DNA of 64,000 bases from Mobula hypostoma. Lineage: Eukaryota. The translations under genes and the position numbers were made by a program. The notes below the pieces were generated by a model. The model was not told the DNA's origin. It ran no database searches and saw only the letters and a program-made list of their open reading frames with translations. Of this stretch, positions 38,058 to 49,974 are shown piece by piece (position 1 is the first letter of the stretch; the number at the start of each line of letters is the position of its first letter). The stretch is taken from NCBI RefSeq assembly GCF_963921235.1, contig NC_086109.1, positions 32,986,001 to 33,050,000 of the forward strand, written 5' to 3'.

Positions 38058-40378
38058 GGAGTACTTCGTAGAGTGCATACGTGATAGCTTTCTTGAATAG
38101 CACGTTATTGAACCTACAAGAGAACGTGATATCTTGAATCTGGTCCTGTGCAGGTAAATTTAGCAATCTTGTAGTTAGGGATCTTCTTGGAAAGAGTGAT
38201 CACAGTACAATTAAGTTTATCATACAAATGGAGGGTGCAATAGTTCAATCTAAAACCAGTGTATTATGCCTAATCAAGGGAAGACCACAATGGGATGAGG
38301 GAGGAATTGGATAGGGTAGACTGGGAATACAGGCTATATGGTGGGATAGTTGAGGAAAAGTAAGACTTTCAAAGAGATTTTTCATAGTGCTCAACAAAAG
38401 TGAAAAGCAAGGGCAGGGAGAGCCAGCCATGGATAACTAAAGAAATAAAGGAAGGCATTAAACTAAAAGCTCATGCATACAAAGTCACCAAGAGTAGTGG
38501 GAAACTGGAAGATAAGGAAAACTTTAAAAAGCAACAAAGAACCACTAAGTGAGCAATAAAGAAAGGGAACATAGATTATGAAAATAAACTAGCACAAAAT
38601 ATAAAAGCGGATAGTAAAAGTTTTTGTAATTATATAAAGCGGAAAAGGGCGGTCAAAGTGAATATAGGTCCCTTGAAGGATGAGAAGGGGAAATTGATAT
38701 TGGGTAATGAGAAAATGGCCGAGGATTTGAATGACTATTTTGTGTCATTTTTCACAGTGGAGGACACATCTAACGTGCCGAAGAGCGATGATATGGATGC
38801 GATGGAAGGTGAGAACCTCAATACAACAGCTATCACTAAAGAGGTAGTGCTGAGCAAACTTGAGGGCCTAAAGATAGACAACTCCCCCGGTCCTGATGGA
38901 ATGCAACCTAGGGTACTGAAAGAAATGGCAGAGGTTATAGTTGAGGCTTTGGTGATAATATTCCAAAATTCTCTGGACTCTGGGCAGGTCCCAGCGAATT
39001 GGAAGAAGGTGAATGTCATGCCACTATTCAAAAAGGATGTAGGCAAAAGGCAGTTAGCTATAGGCCAGTTAGTTTAACATATGCAGTTGGGAAAATGCTT
39101 GAAGTTTTCATTAAAGAAGAAATAGCGAGGTATCTGGAAAGAGATGGATCCATCAGGCAGACATAGCATGGATTCAGCAAAGGCAGGTCCTGTTTGACAA
39201 ACTTACTGGAGTTCTTTGAGGATATAACAAGCGCAGTGGATAAGGGGGAACAGATGGACATTACTTACTTGCATTTCCAGAAGGCATTCAATAAGGTGCC
39301 ACATAAAAGACTTATCCATGAGATAGCGCATAGAGTTGGCATACGTGGATATTTCTCTGGCTGGCAATCAGTGGTGAATGGTGTGCCGCAGGGGTCTGTG
39401 CTGGGCCCGCAACTCTTCACGCTATACATTAACGATTTGGATGAGGGGACCTTGTGTAGGGTATCTAAGTTTGCTGATGACACTAAATTGAGTGGAAAAG
39501 CATATTGAACAGAGGATATGGTGAGTCTGCAGAGAAATAGATAGGTTAAGTGAGTGGGCAAGGGTCTGGCAGATGGAATACAATGTTGGTAAAGGCAAGG
39601 TCATCCACTTTGGAAGGAAAAATGGAAGATCAGATTATTACTTCAATGGTAAAAGATTGCAGCATGCTGCTTTGCATAAAGTCTTGGGAGTGCTTGTGCA
39701 TGAATTGCAGAAGGTTGGTTTGCAGGTGCAGCAGGCTATCAAGGCAAATGGAATGCTGGCCTTCATTGTTAGAGGGATTGAATTTAAGAGCAGATAGGTT
39801 ATGCTGCAACTGTACAGGGTACTGGTGAGGCTACACCTGGAGTACTGTGTGCAGTTCTGGTCTCCTTGCTTGAGGAAGGATATACTGGCTTTGGAGGCGG
39901 TGCAGAGGAGGTTCACCAGGTTGATTCCAGAAATGAAGGGGTTAGACTATGAGGAGAGATTGAGTCGCCTGGGACTGTACTCACTGGAATTCAGAAGAAT
40001 GAGGAGATCTTATAGAAATATATAAAATCATGAAAGGGGTAGATAAGATAAAGGCAGGAAAGTTATTTCCACCGGTAGGTGATACTAGAACTAGAGGACA
40101 TAGCCTCAAGATTTGGGGGAGTAAATTTAGGACAGCGATGAGGAGGAACTGCTGTTCCCAGAGAGTGGTGAATCTGTGGAATTCTCTGCCCAATGAAGCA
40201 GTGGAGGCTACCTCAGTAAATATATTTACGACAAGGTTCGATAGATTTTTGCATAGCAGGGGAATTAAGGGTTATGGGGAAAAGACAGGTAGGTAGAGAT
40301 GAGTCCATGGTCAGATCAGCCATGATCTTATTGAATGCCAGATAGCCTACTCCTTCTCCTATTTCTTATGTTCTTATT
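38058..40378 (+). mobile_element. CR1 LINE ORF2 (endonuclease end, RT and 3' UTR), frameshifted
   Basis: SPGPDGMQPRVLKE, TNLLEFFE, GVPQGSVLGPQLF, SKFADDTK, LEYCVQFWSP; ttcttatg tail. Confidence 0.95.
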
Positions 40379-41310
40379 AACATACTGCTATGCAAATTGA
40401 ATATCCTCTTTCCTCTAATATTTTTTCCCATGATTGTCTATTCTGCTGTGCTGAGCCTCTTACACTGATTGACAGTAACTTTGAGAACCTCTTCCTCCTG
40501 TTTGATGCTACTAAGCTTTAATTTATTTGTTTGTTTATTTATTTATTTATTTATTATTTGAACAATAACATGTAGTCACTTGAGCAAAATACATGAATAG
40601 TTATAGAATATAAAACTCCAAATACATGATGAGGCTATCTGTGGTACACACGTATACTGAATGTGGTCATACAAATACATATGCAATATCCACACCTTGC
40701 CCCCTCCTCCCTCCTTCCCTCCCTCCCTCCACACACACATCTGCTAATGGAACTGGAAGGACTTTCATGAAACTTTAGGAACAGGCCACAGGAGAGCAGT
40801 CCAATTAGCCTCTTTAAGGGCCATTACATCATTTGTGCTGCTTCCATTCTGCAATTTTGACTGCAAGTATTAGCATTAGATCAATTGCTTTTTCACTTAC
40901 TTTGATATCTTCAGTGTCTACATTAAGAGGAAGAACTGCAGTCAGAACAGTAGAATGCAAAGGCACAGGCTTTAGAATAAACTGATCAGATCATTGTTTT
41001 GGCAACTCACAACAGAATAGGATATATGCACTGTAGGAGCCATGTATCTGTTCTCTATTTGCATTGTATTCTGTGTTACCTGTCTTTATTAGGGTAGCTA
41101 GTCACATGACTGGGGGCATGGTAAAAGCAAAGGTAAAGTTACGTATTCCCTTTCTTTGATTATTTTGTAGCAGTTTCTATCTTTCACCCCATCACTCAAC
41201 AACACTCAATAATGTTCAATTACACAGCTTACACTTGGGTACGAATAAGCTTCATCGCTTCCAGATTGTTTGTTTGTTAATTGCTAATAAAGGATTTGAC
41301 TTTTGGAGCA

Positions 41311-41843
41311 GTGGAATTAAAATGTGTGCATCCCATTCCCATTCTGACATGTCTATACACAGCCTCCTCTACTGTAAAGATGAAGCCACATTCAGGTTGG
41401 AGGAACAACACCTTATATTCCGTCTGGGTAGCCTCCAACCTGATGGCATGAACATTGACTTCTCTAACTTCTGCTAATGCCCCACCTCCCCCTCATACCC
41501 CATCTGTTACTCATTTTTATGCACACATTCTTTCTCTCACTCTCCTTTTTCTCCCTCTGAATATACCCCTTGCCCATCCTCTGGGTTCCCCCCACCTCCT
41601 GTCCCATGATCCTCTCGTATCCCTTTTGCCTATCACCTGTCCAGCTCTTGGCTCTATCCCTCCCCCTCCTGTCTTCTCCTATCATTTTGGATCTCCCCCT
41701 CCCCCCCCCACTTTCAAATCCCTTACTCACTCTTCCTTCAGTTAGTCCTGACGAAGGGTCTCGGCCTGAAATGTCGACTGTGCCTCTTCCTACAGATGCT
41801 GCCTGGCCTGCTGCGTTCACCAGCAACTTTGAAATGTGTTTGC
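41311..41843 (+). mobile_element. Penelope-like 3' fragment with an 18-bp 5' micro-inversion
   Basis: SHSHSDMSIH..RLEEQHLIFRLGSLQPDGMNIDF followed by a pseudo-LTR. Confidence 0.9.
41744..41779 (+). ncRNA. Minimal hammerhead ribozyme, CpG-decayed
   Basis: AGUC-CUGACGA-AGGGUCUCGGCCU-GAAAUGUC-GACU. Confidence 0.65.
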
Positions 41844-41921
41844 ACCTTAGTTTCCTTTCAGTTGATGATCCACCAGAGACTCTCATTGATTGTATTGTTT
41901 TTCATTGTTTTACTGTGAATA

Positions 41922-42346
41922 CTTACTTACTGCCCATTTTACCGTTCGCTTTAGGGCAGCAGTGAAGGTCCACCATCTCTGGCAGTGTTCAGAGCTTCCT
42001 TCATCATGTCAGTGGCTTCCCCTCAATTTTCACTACTGTCCGTCATGCAAGTCCCGAGTAGACACTCAGAAACACCATCACACTCAGATGCAGAGGGATT
42101 CTTCATTGCTGCATCTGTAACAATTTTGTTTTACCTGTCAGGGTTGTTAGCCCTGAGCTGAACCCCAAACCTGGAGGACCAGTGGACCACTCTTAGTCTG
42201 GCCTTTACCCTTTGACCTGTCTGGCATGGGTGACCCTACCAAGAGCCAAAGCATCAAGCCCTGACTCCAGCCAACATAGCTCTCTGGGTCATTGAGACAC
42301 TCAAGCCTCCAAACCCTACAACAAGGGTTGTGGTCCTCTTGGAGGT
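41922..42346 (-). mobile_element. Bipartite RTE-derived SINE-like element (RTE 5' UTR fused to an RTE-like 3' end)
   Basis: Minus strand has RTE/Expander-like 5' UTR text (caatgaccc..agctatgttg..ggtagggtcacccatg..caggtc..ccagactaagag) and ends in an agtaagtaagta tail. Confidence 0.7.
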
Positions 42347-45300
42347 CTATTGTGGATGCCTCAAGAAAATGAATCTCAGGGTAGTAAAAGGTGACACCCT
42401 CATCCTTCCCTTTTACCCATGATCCACTGTCCTCTCCTACCAGATTCTTTTCTCTCCAGTGCTCTACCCCCTCCACCTATCATCTCCCAGCTTCTCACTT
42501 CAATCCTCTCCCATCCACCTTCTCCCTCACCTGGTTTCACCTATTACCCGCCAGCTTGTACTCCTCCCACTCCCACACCTTCCTATTCTTCACCCTCCTT
42601 TCTAGTCCATGATGGATCTTGGCCCATAACGGTGACTGTTTACTCCTTTCCAAAGATGCTGCTTGACTTGCTGAGTTCCTCCTGAATTTGGTGTGTGTTG
42701 TTCACGTTTATATATTTCCTTCCTAAGTTTTCTTTGGGATTCTTTGGGAATGTTCCTTCAAAACCCATTAAGTTTAGTATAATGTGTATTAAAATAAATT
42801 ATACACAAGAAATTTACAAAGTATGTTTTTTTTTGTTTATTTGTTTCCCTCAATTTTAAGCCTTTATGCATTTCTATGCTTCAGCATCCCAGAAACAGAG
42901 AATTGTTGGTGCCTCAGAAACCATTCCAGTAAAAGTTAGTGGCCTGGAGTTTGCTCAACAACAACTAAACCCAGAGTTAAGGTATTATTTACACTCTTAA
43001 TTGCTGTACTAAAAGGTGTCCCTGAACTGAAAATTAACATTTACAAGCATGGATTCAGATCTTAACAGTGTTGGAGATTTTAAATCAAAAATAAAAATAT
43101 TAAGTTTTACCTTTTCCTTTCATCTCTCTCTCTCTCTCTCTCACACTTCCTCCCTTTCCCTCTCTCTTAATCACATCTCCTCCTACCTCTAATTTGCTTT
43201 CTAAACTTGATTTGAGTTGAATTAACCATTCTAACTCTACCCGGCTTGGAAGAATTATTTCTGGTTAGGAAAATACTTGTTTGGCTCACAGTTGTGGATG
43301 GGTTTGCATTCACAACCACATTCCTGTGCAAAAGCTAATGACTAAATGTAAATATAATGAATTGCAGAAACCATACATTGGCCACCAATTGCAAAATTCA
43401 GGCCATGTTAATTCAAAGTAAGATAAGACAATGTAGGAAGAATATATATCTTCTACAAAGACACGGGGATAAATTGATATGCCAACTAGATTGACAGGTA
43501 AACAGACTGTTAGTCTGTCAGTTTCTTGGCTATAAACTTCTTAGGGTTTGATTTTGTTTTGGATCAGAGTATCTTAAACTCACTGATCAAAGTAGTTAAA
43601 CTGTTCTAAGAGAACTTTCTCAACAGATAAACCAAACAAAACTGAGTGAACATTAATTCCAGTGTTTCCAACTCTCTCAATTAATACAAAATGTGAAATT
43701 ACTAATATCATAAGAGTTGACATAAAATTGTAACATAATGGTTAAGTCCCATTAGATCTGTCAGGTTTTTGGTGCTCCTGGGTCTCTGTTGAATAATAAA
43801 ATGGAAACAGTTAGCTTCTCAGATAGCAACTGTGTTGAACTCTAAAATCACAGTGAAAAATACATTTGCATGCTAATACTACCTTTTATCGATAATTATT
43901 TATTACTTTTATAAGTAGTTAGGGTTAGGGAAATATTCATAAAAGGGATCTTCCATGATAATCCACAAAAGATGCTGTATATTCCGCTTAATATTCACAT
44001 ATTACTTAATGACTGTCTTTCCTTTTAGCTTATCTCACCTTGGCTTTAACTTTGGTAGAATTACTTACCTTCAAAATTTTTAGAAGTTCCCCTCTTTAGC
44101 TGAAGCTCATGATTATATCAGGTTTAGGTAACACTCTACTGCCTCATCCATGTAATCATTGCCCAGTTCAAATCCAGATATTGAGCAAAATACGTTGCAG
44201 CCTTCTGGACCTAAATGTCAAATTCTCTAACCTTATGTAACTCACTCCTTTTGTCTACCATTAGAAATGGCCATTCTGCCTATCTTTTGTCTGTGTTTTG
44301 GGGTCAGTTTTTCTCTTTCTACTAATATAGCTTGGCCTGCTGTACATATCCTTCAGTCCTGCTATTAGCAACACATAACACAGACATAATCTGCTTCTAG
44401 ATGTAAAAGTAACCCATTTGGTACTACTTTATCAGAGATATTTCCCTCCATTTCTCTCCCAATTAAATCTACATGCTTTTTTTAAAACACTGATACTTTC
44501 ATTGGATTTTGGTTTCACTGGAAGGGCTATCATTTACTTCCCTTGAGAAGCTGCCAGTGAGTTCCCTTTCTCCAACATTTTATAGTGGGATCCCACAGGG
44601 ATGTGAAGTGAGTGAAAAAAAAACAGAATCAAGTAAAGGGACAAAAAGGGAAAGTTGAGAAATAAACACAGAAGCTGTTAAGGAAACTCAATTATTATTT
44701 ATCAGTCAAATTAATGCTAATAAATGAATGACAGATGCCAGAGTTCTTTGGGGTGATTCACAAGAATGGTCAGATTTCTTTGTGAACAATCAAAGGGACA
44801 GGATAGAACGAGGTTACGACAGAAATAATATTTGTGGTTAGTCTCAGTGCATAGATTGATAATTGGGAATAAAATTGGAATTTTAGTTGGTTTATACAAG
44901 TTGAAATATAGTGAAAACTTTGCCTTGTGTAGTGTTCATACAGATCAGATCATTACCCGTCGAATGGTGAAGGGTCTTGATAGAGTCGAAGGGGAAAAGA
45001 GGTTTCCTATGTAGGGGGAGTCGAGGACAGAGGACACAACCTCAGAATAGAGGGACGTCATTTTAGAATGGAGATGAGGAGGGATTTTTTTAAGCCAAAA
45101 GTGCTGTATCTGGGTAATTTATTGCCATAGGAAACTGTGGAGGCCAATTCTTTATGTATATTTAAGGCAAAGGTGAAAAGATTCACCACTCCAACGCATG
45201 AAGGGGTACAGGAAGAAGACAGGAGATTGGGACTAAGAGGAATAATGGATTAGCCATTATGAAATGGTGGAACAGACTTGATGGGCCAAATGGCCTCCTT

Positions 45301-45716
45301 CTTATGGTCTTATTACACATTGTATTGATGTAGGACAAGAAATAACAATGCAGACTATAGCATAATAGCTACAGAAGAAGTGAAGTGCAGGAAACCAGTG
45401 ATATAACATTACTGACATATAAAAATACCACATGCAGCAATGTACTCTTATACTTTTGTTTTTTGATTTGTGCTAGTGGTCATCATGAAAACAGTGACTG
45501 AAGTGGCATTTCTAAAGAGGCATTACCCTCTTCCCCACTCGGCATACCATTATCTTTGAACCATTTCATTAGTCTCCTAAAGACTTGGCTTCAACACTCA
45601 TTTAATCAACTTCATCACAAGAGGTATCATGAAAAGAAACGATACATGATAAAAACTCCTTCATGTGGCTTGGCAACAGAAAACTTTGCACAGAGAGCAG
45701 CACCTGTGAGGGAATG

Positions 45717-46671
45717 TAGACATCCCACCTCTCCCGGAACTTCCGGGAGTCTCCCGCATATGAATAGTGGCTCCCTGATGCCCGCAAATTATATACAATA
45801 TCACGGAAATCAATTTTTTTGAGAGCGAGTGAGAGAAAGCAAGCGAGTGCGCGAGGGACAGAGAGCGAATGAGAAAGCAAGCGAGAGAGGGAGAGAGAGA
45901 GAGGGAGAGAGAACGAGAGAGAAAGCAAGCGAGTGCGCGAGGGAGAGAGCGAGTGAGAAAGCAAGCGAGAGAGGGAGAGGGAGAGAGAGTGAGCGAGAAA
46001 GCAAGCGAGTGCGCGAGCGAGAGATAGCGAGTGAGAAAGCAAGCGAGAGAGGGAGAGAGAGAGAGAGAGAGGGAGAGAGAGGGAGAGAGAGCGAGAGAGA
46101 AAGCAAGCGAGTGCGCGAGGGAGAGAGAGCGAGAGAGAAAGCAAGCGAGTGCGCGAGGGAGAGAGAGCGAGTGAGAAAGCAAGCGAGAGAGGGAGAGAGA
46201 GAGAGGGAGAGAGAGCGAGCGAGAAAGCAAGCAAGTGCGCGAGGGAGAGAGAGTGAGCAAGCAAGCGAGAGCACTTGAAAGCGCGCGAGCGACCACGAGA
46301 GAGAGAGAGAACGAGCGAGAGCGAGAGCACCCCATGGCAGAGTGTTCCAAAAAAATATAAAACGTACATCACCCCAGACTACCCTAAAGTGTACCCCTGC
46401 CTACTAGGGGTCAAAATAATGACAGTGCAGCTCGCTGCACTGTTTGCAACAGTGACTTTTCTATTGCCCATGGTGGGTTAAGACTGTAAAAGACATGTTG
46501 AGGTGAGTTTAATAGGTGTCATTCGTTTATTAGCATAGCTAACGTTATTTAAACTAGCTGGCTAGCTGCTAAGGTGCTACTCTATTGCAAACATCCCACC
46601 TCTCCCGGAAGTCTCCCGCAAATTGATGATGCTACCTCCCTGAAATGAGTTTTTGCAGGGTGGGATGTCTG
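45717..46671 (+). mobile_element. Internally deleted hAT transposon with a BED zinc-finger remnant
   Basis: TIR (t/c)agacatcccacc..ggtgggatgtctg; flanking (g)ggaatg duplication. 46334-46502 encodes frameshifted KKYKTY..YPCL..AARCTVCNSDFSIAHGG..DCKRHVE followed by a gtgagt donor. Confidence 0.8.
45821..46328. repeat. GA-rich higher-order minisatellite inside the hAT element
   Basis: Alternating gaaagcaagcgagtgcgcgaggg and gaaagcaagcgagagaggg units separated by (GA)n. Confidence 0.95.
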
Positions 46672-48259
46672 GGAATGCTTGTTTAAAGGAAAGTCAATGG
46701 GTTTTTATCTCTATGATATATTTGTATAGAACATTGGTTGGACGTCAGTAGACATTTAGCCTTTGTTTCAGGGAAGAAACAGATCTCTAGCAGTTCCTGA
46801 CATTCACTGAGATGTGATAAGGTTAAACAGCAATGCCACAGTGCATTAACTTGTCAAGTACTCATTTTTGATTAGAAGGTTATTTGCAGCAATATTTCTG
46901 TGTTTCTAGGAGACTGACTCATTTCCCACTTGACTGACCAGTCTCATTCTGTATTCAGGTTAATGAACTACAACAAGAAAGCAGACTGCTCTACGCCCTC
47001 TATTATTCCCAAAATAGAGAAATACACTTCTTTCTCTAAATCTCAGTTGAAGATATGACAAGTATGAGCAGCCTGAATATAGAAACACATGGTCTTTGAA
47101 CTTGTCCTATGTTTGTTCTTCAAATTAATAGTGGACAGGTAGGGAAAAATGGGCATTTTTGTTAAACTGGTGGGAAGAGAATAAATATGCAGAGAAATTT
47201 ATTCATTAATTCTTCTTCAACGTGGAACACTTCAAATTTTTAAAGCCCCTATGCTGTGCGAATGCACAGTGTTTAAACTTGTAGAAACAGTTACAAAATG
47301 GTGAATATCTAGCTCAAACAGCCTTCTGAGTCCCAACCATAACAGACTTCCCCTTCATCTGCCTCCCTCCATCAAATCTGCTCCATTTTCTAACCAAGGA
47401 TTAACTGAAGGTAAGCAAGGAACATTCCTGACACTTACAAAGCAAAATCACATGTGAAAAAGAGCAAAATGCAAATTTATAGGAAAGGACATTCTGGGAC
47501 TTCTCATTACAATGAGGAAGTTTACTTCCACATGTTTAACTCCAGTTATAGATAATTGTACTTTCCCAGTTCTCACAATTGTGGTCTCTCCAAGTGCTGG
47601 GGTTGGAGGTCTTTCTGCCAATTGCATATTCTCTTTCCAGCAGTTTAACAAAAATAACCATGCTTTTTGCTTCTATCCACTCTTAATTTGAGGAATGGAC
47701 ATAGAGCAAGTTCACAGAATCAGGCCAAGAAAATGTCAGACATAACAGAAACGTCTAACTTCGGTTTCAAAGCTTGACAAACATGGCGACATTCGTTTAA
47801 GCGATGATACAAGTTTGAGAACTATGTATATTTATCAAATATAGTTCCCAAATAAAAGTTTGGAAGAAATAAAAATGAGCAGAAATAACTACTCATTGAA
47901 ATAGTCTAACAAAAATCACACTATTGAGATTATGGCTGTTTGAATAAAATATAATCCACAGTGCATTAATGTGAACATAATACAGTACACATTAATAATA
48001 ATACAATAAAATATAATACAGTATTACATTCTATAATATTATACTGTATCATTTTGATGGATTATCACCTATTGCAGTGGTTTTATGTATTTTTGTATCC
48101 ATTGAAAAATAGGATAAAGCTTATCTTGCAATTGCTTTGGAAGAAATATTAAAAGGATATTAATTATGAAGAAATATTTAACCTTTCCCACAGCTAAAAA
48201 AATTATATGATATATTTTTTAAATTTGTAGCTCACCACTTAACTTCTAAACCAGGAAAA

Positions 48260-48818
48260 AACTTCTATAGTTGTACCATGGAGAGCATTCTGACAGGCTG
48301 CATCACTGCCTGGTATGGAGGGGCTACTGCACAGGACCGAAAGAAGCTGCAGAAGATTGTAAATCTAGTCAGCTCCATCTTGGGCACTAGCCTACAAAGT
48401 TCCCAGGACATCTTTAGGGAGCGGTGTCTCAGAAAGGCAGTGGCCATTATTAAGGGCCTCCAGCACCCAGGGCATGCCCTTTTCTCACTGTTACCATCAG
48501 GTAGGAGGTACAGAAGCCTGAAGGCACACACTCAGCGATTCAGGAACAGCTTCTTCCCCTCTGCCATCCGATTCCTAAATGGACATTGAAGCTTTGGACA
48601 CTACCCTCACTTTTTTTAATATACAGTATTTCTGTTTTGCACATTTTTTAATAATCTATTCAATATACGTAATTGATGTACTTGTTTATCTATTATGTTT
48701 TATTTTATTTAGTTTTTTCACTCTGTCTGCTAGATTATGTATTGCATTGAACTGCTGCTGCTAAGTTCACAAATTTCACATCACATGCCGGTGTTGATAA
48801 AGCTGATTCTGATTCTGA
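48260..48818 (+). mobile_element. Rex1/Babar LINE 3' fragment (young)
   Basis: ORF 48278-48589 ESILTGCITAWYGG..SGRRYRSLKAHTQRFRNSFFPSAIR and ctgattctga tail; followed by an 80-bp hAT MITE remnant at 48818-48890. Confidence 0.9.
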
Positions 48819-49094
48819 GTTCCCAACTGAGTTCATGGGCCCCTTGGTTAATGGTATTGGTTCATGGCATAAAAATGGTTGGGAACCCCTGTATCTAAAC
48901 AGCGAATTATTAAGTTTCAATTTTATGATTTTCTTTGTAAAAGGCAATTATATCAACATAATGTCTGTGTCCAGTATAGTTTACACATAGAGGAAGGGAC
49001 CCAGCTCTGTAACTCCTGTTAATATTCTAATCACTTCCAGAATTAAGAATATAAGAATATAAAATTTAATATATTATAGTTTGGCTTAGAGTCC

Positions 49095-49970
49095 TAGAAC
49101 CATAGAGAAGTACAGCACAGAAATAGGCCCTTTGGCCCATCTAGTCCATACCGAAACCATTTAAGCCGCCTACTCCCATGAACCTGCACTGGCACCATAT
49201 CCCTCTATATCCCTACATTATTTAACATTATCATTCAGATCATTGATAAAGATGACAAACAACAAAGGACCCATCACCGATCCCTGCGGCACACCACTAG
49301 TCACAGGCCTCCAGTCAGAGAGACAACTCTCTGCTACCACTCTCTAGCTTTTCCCACAAAGCCAACGTCTGATCCAATTTACTACCTTATCCTGAATGCC
49401 GAGCAACTGAACCTTCTTGACCACCCACCCATTCAGGACATTGTCAAATGCCTTACTAAAGTCCATCTAGACAACATCCACTGCCTTGCCTTCATCCACT
49501 TTCCTGATAACTTCCCTGAAAAACTCTAAGATTGGTTAGACATGACCTACCATGCACGAAGCCATGCTGGCTATCCTTAATCAGTCCATGTCCATCAAAA
49601 TACTTATATATCTGGTCCCCTAGAATACCTTCCAATAACTTTCCCACAATTCATGTCAGACTCACTGGCCTACAATTTCCTGGTTTATGTTTAGAGCCTT
49701 TTTGAACAGCCGAACAACATTGGCTATCCTCCAGTCATCTAGTACCTCTCCTGTTGCTAAGGATGTTTTGTCTCTGCTAGGGCCCTGGAAATTTCTGCAC
49801 TGCCTCCTGCAGCGACTGTGGGAACACCTTGTCGAGCCCTGGGGATTTATCCAGCTTGATTTGCCTCAGGGTAACAAACACCTCCTCCTCTGTAATCTGT
49901 ACAGGGTTCATGAAGTTGATGCCATTTTGCCTCACTTTTATATACTCTGTATTTGTTTCCTGAGTAAGTA
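49095..49970 (-). mobile_element. CR1 LINE fragment, internally deleted
   Basis: LDKSPGLDKVFP motif, a [17 protein letters not shown] segment and a CR1-type 3' end. Confidence 0.8.
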
Positions 49971-49974
49971 CAGG

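Noticed and set aside
45602..46372. Long ORFs (256, 229, 154 and 149 aa)
   Set aside because: Low-complexity translations of the GA minisatellite.
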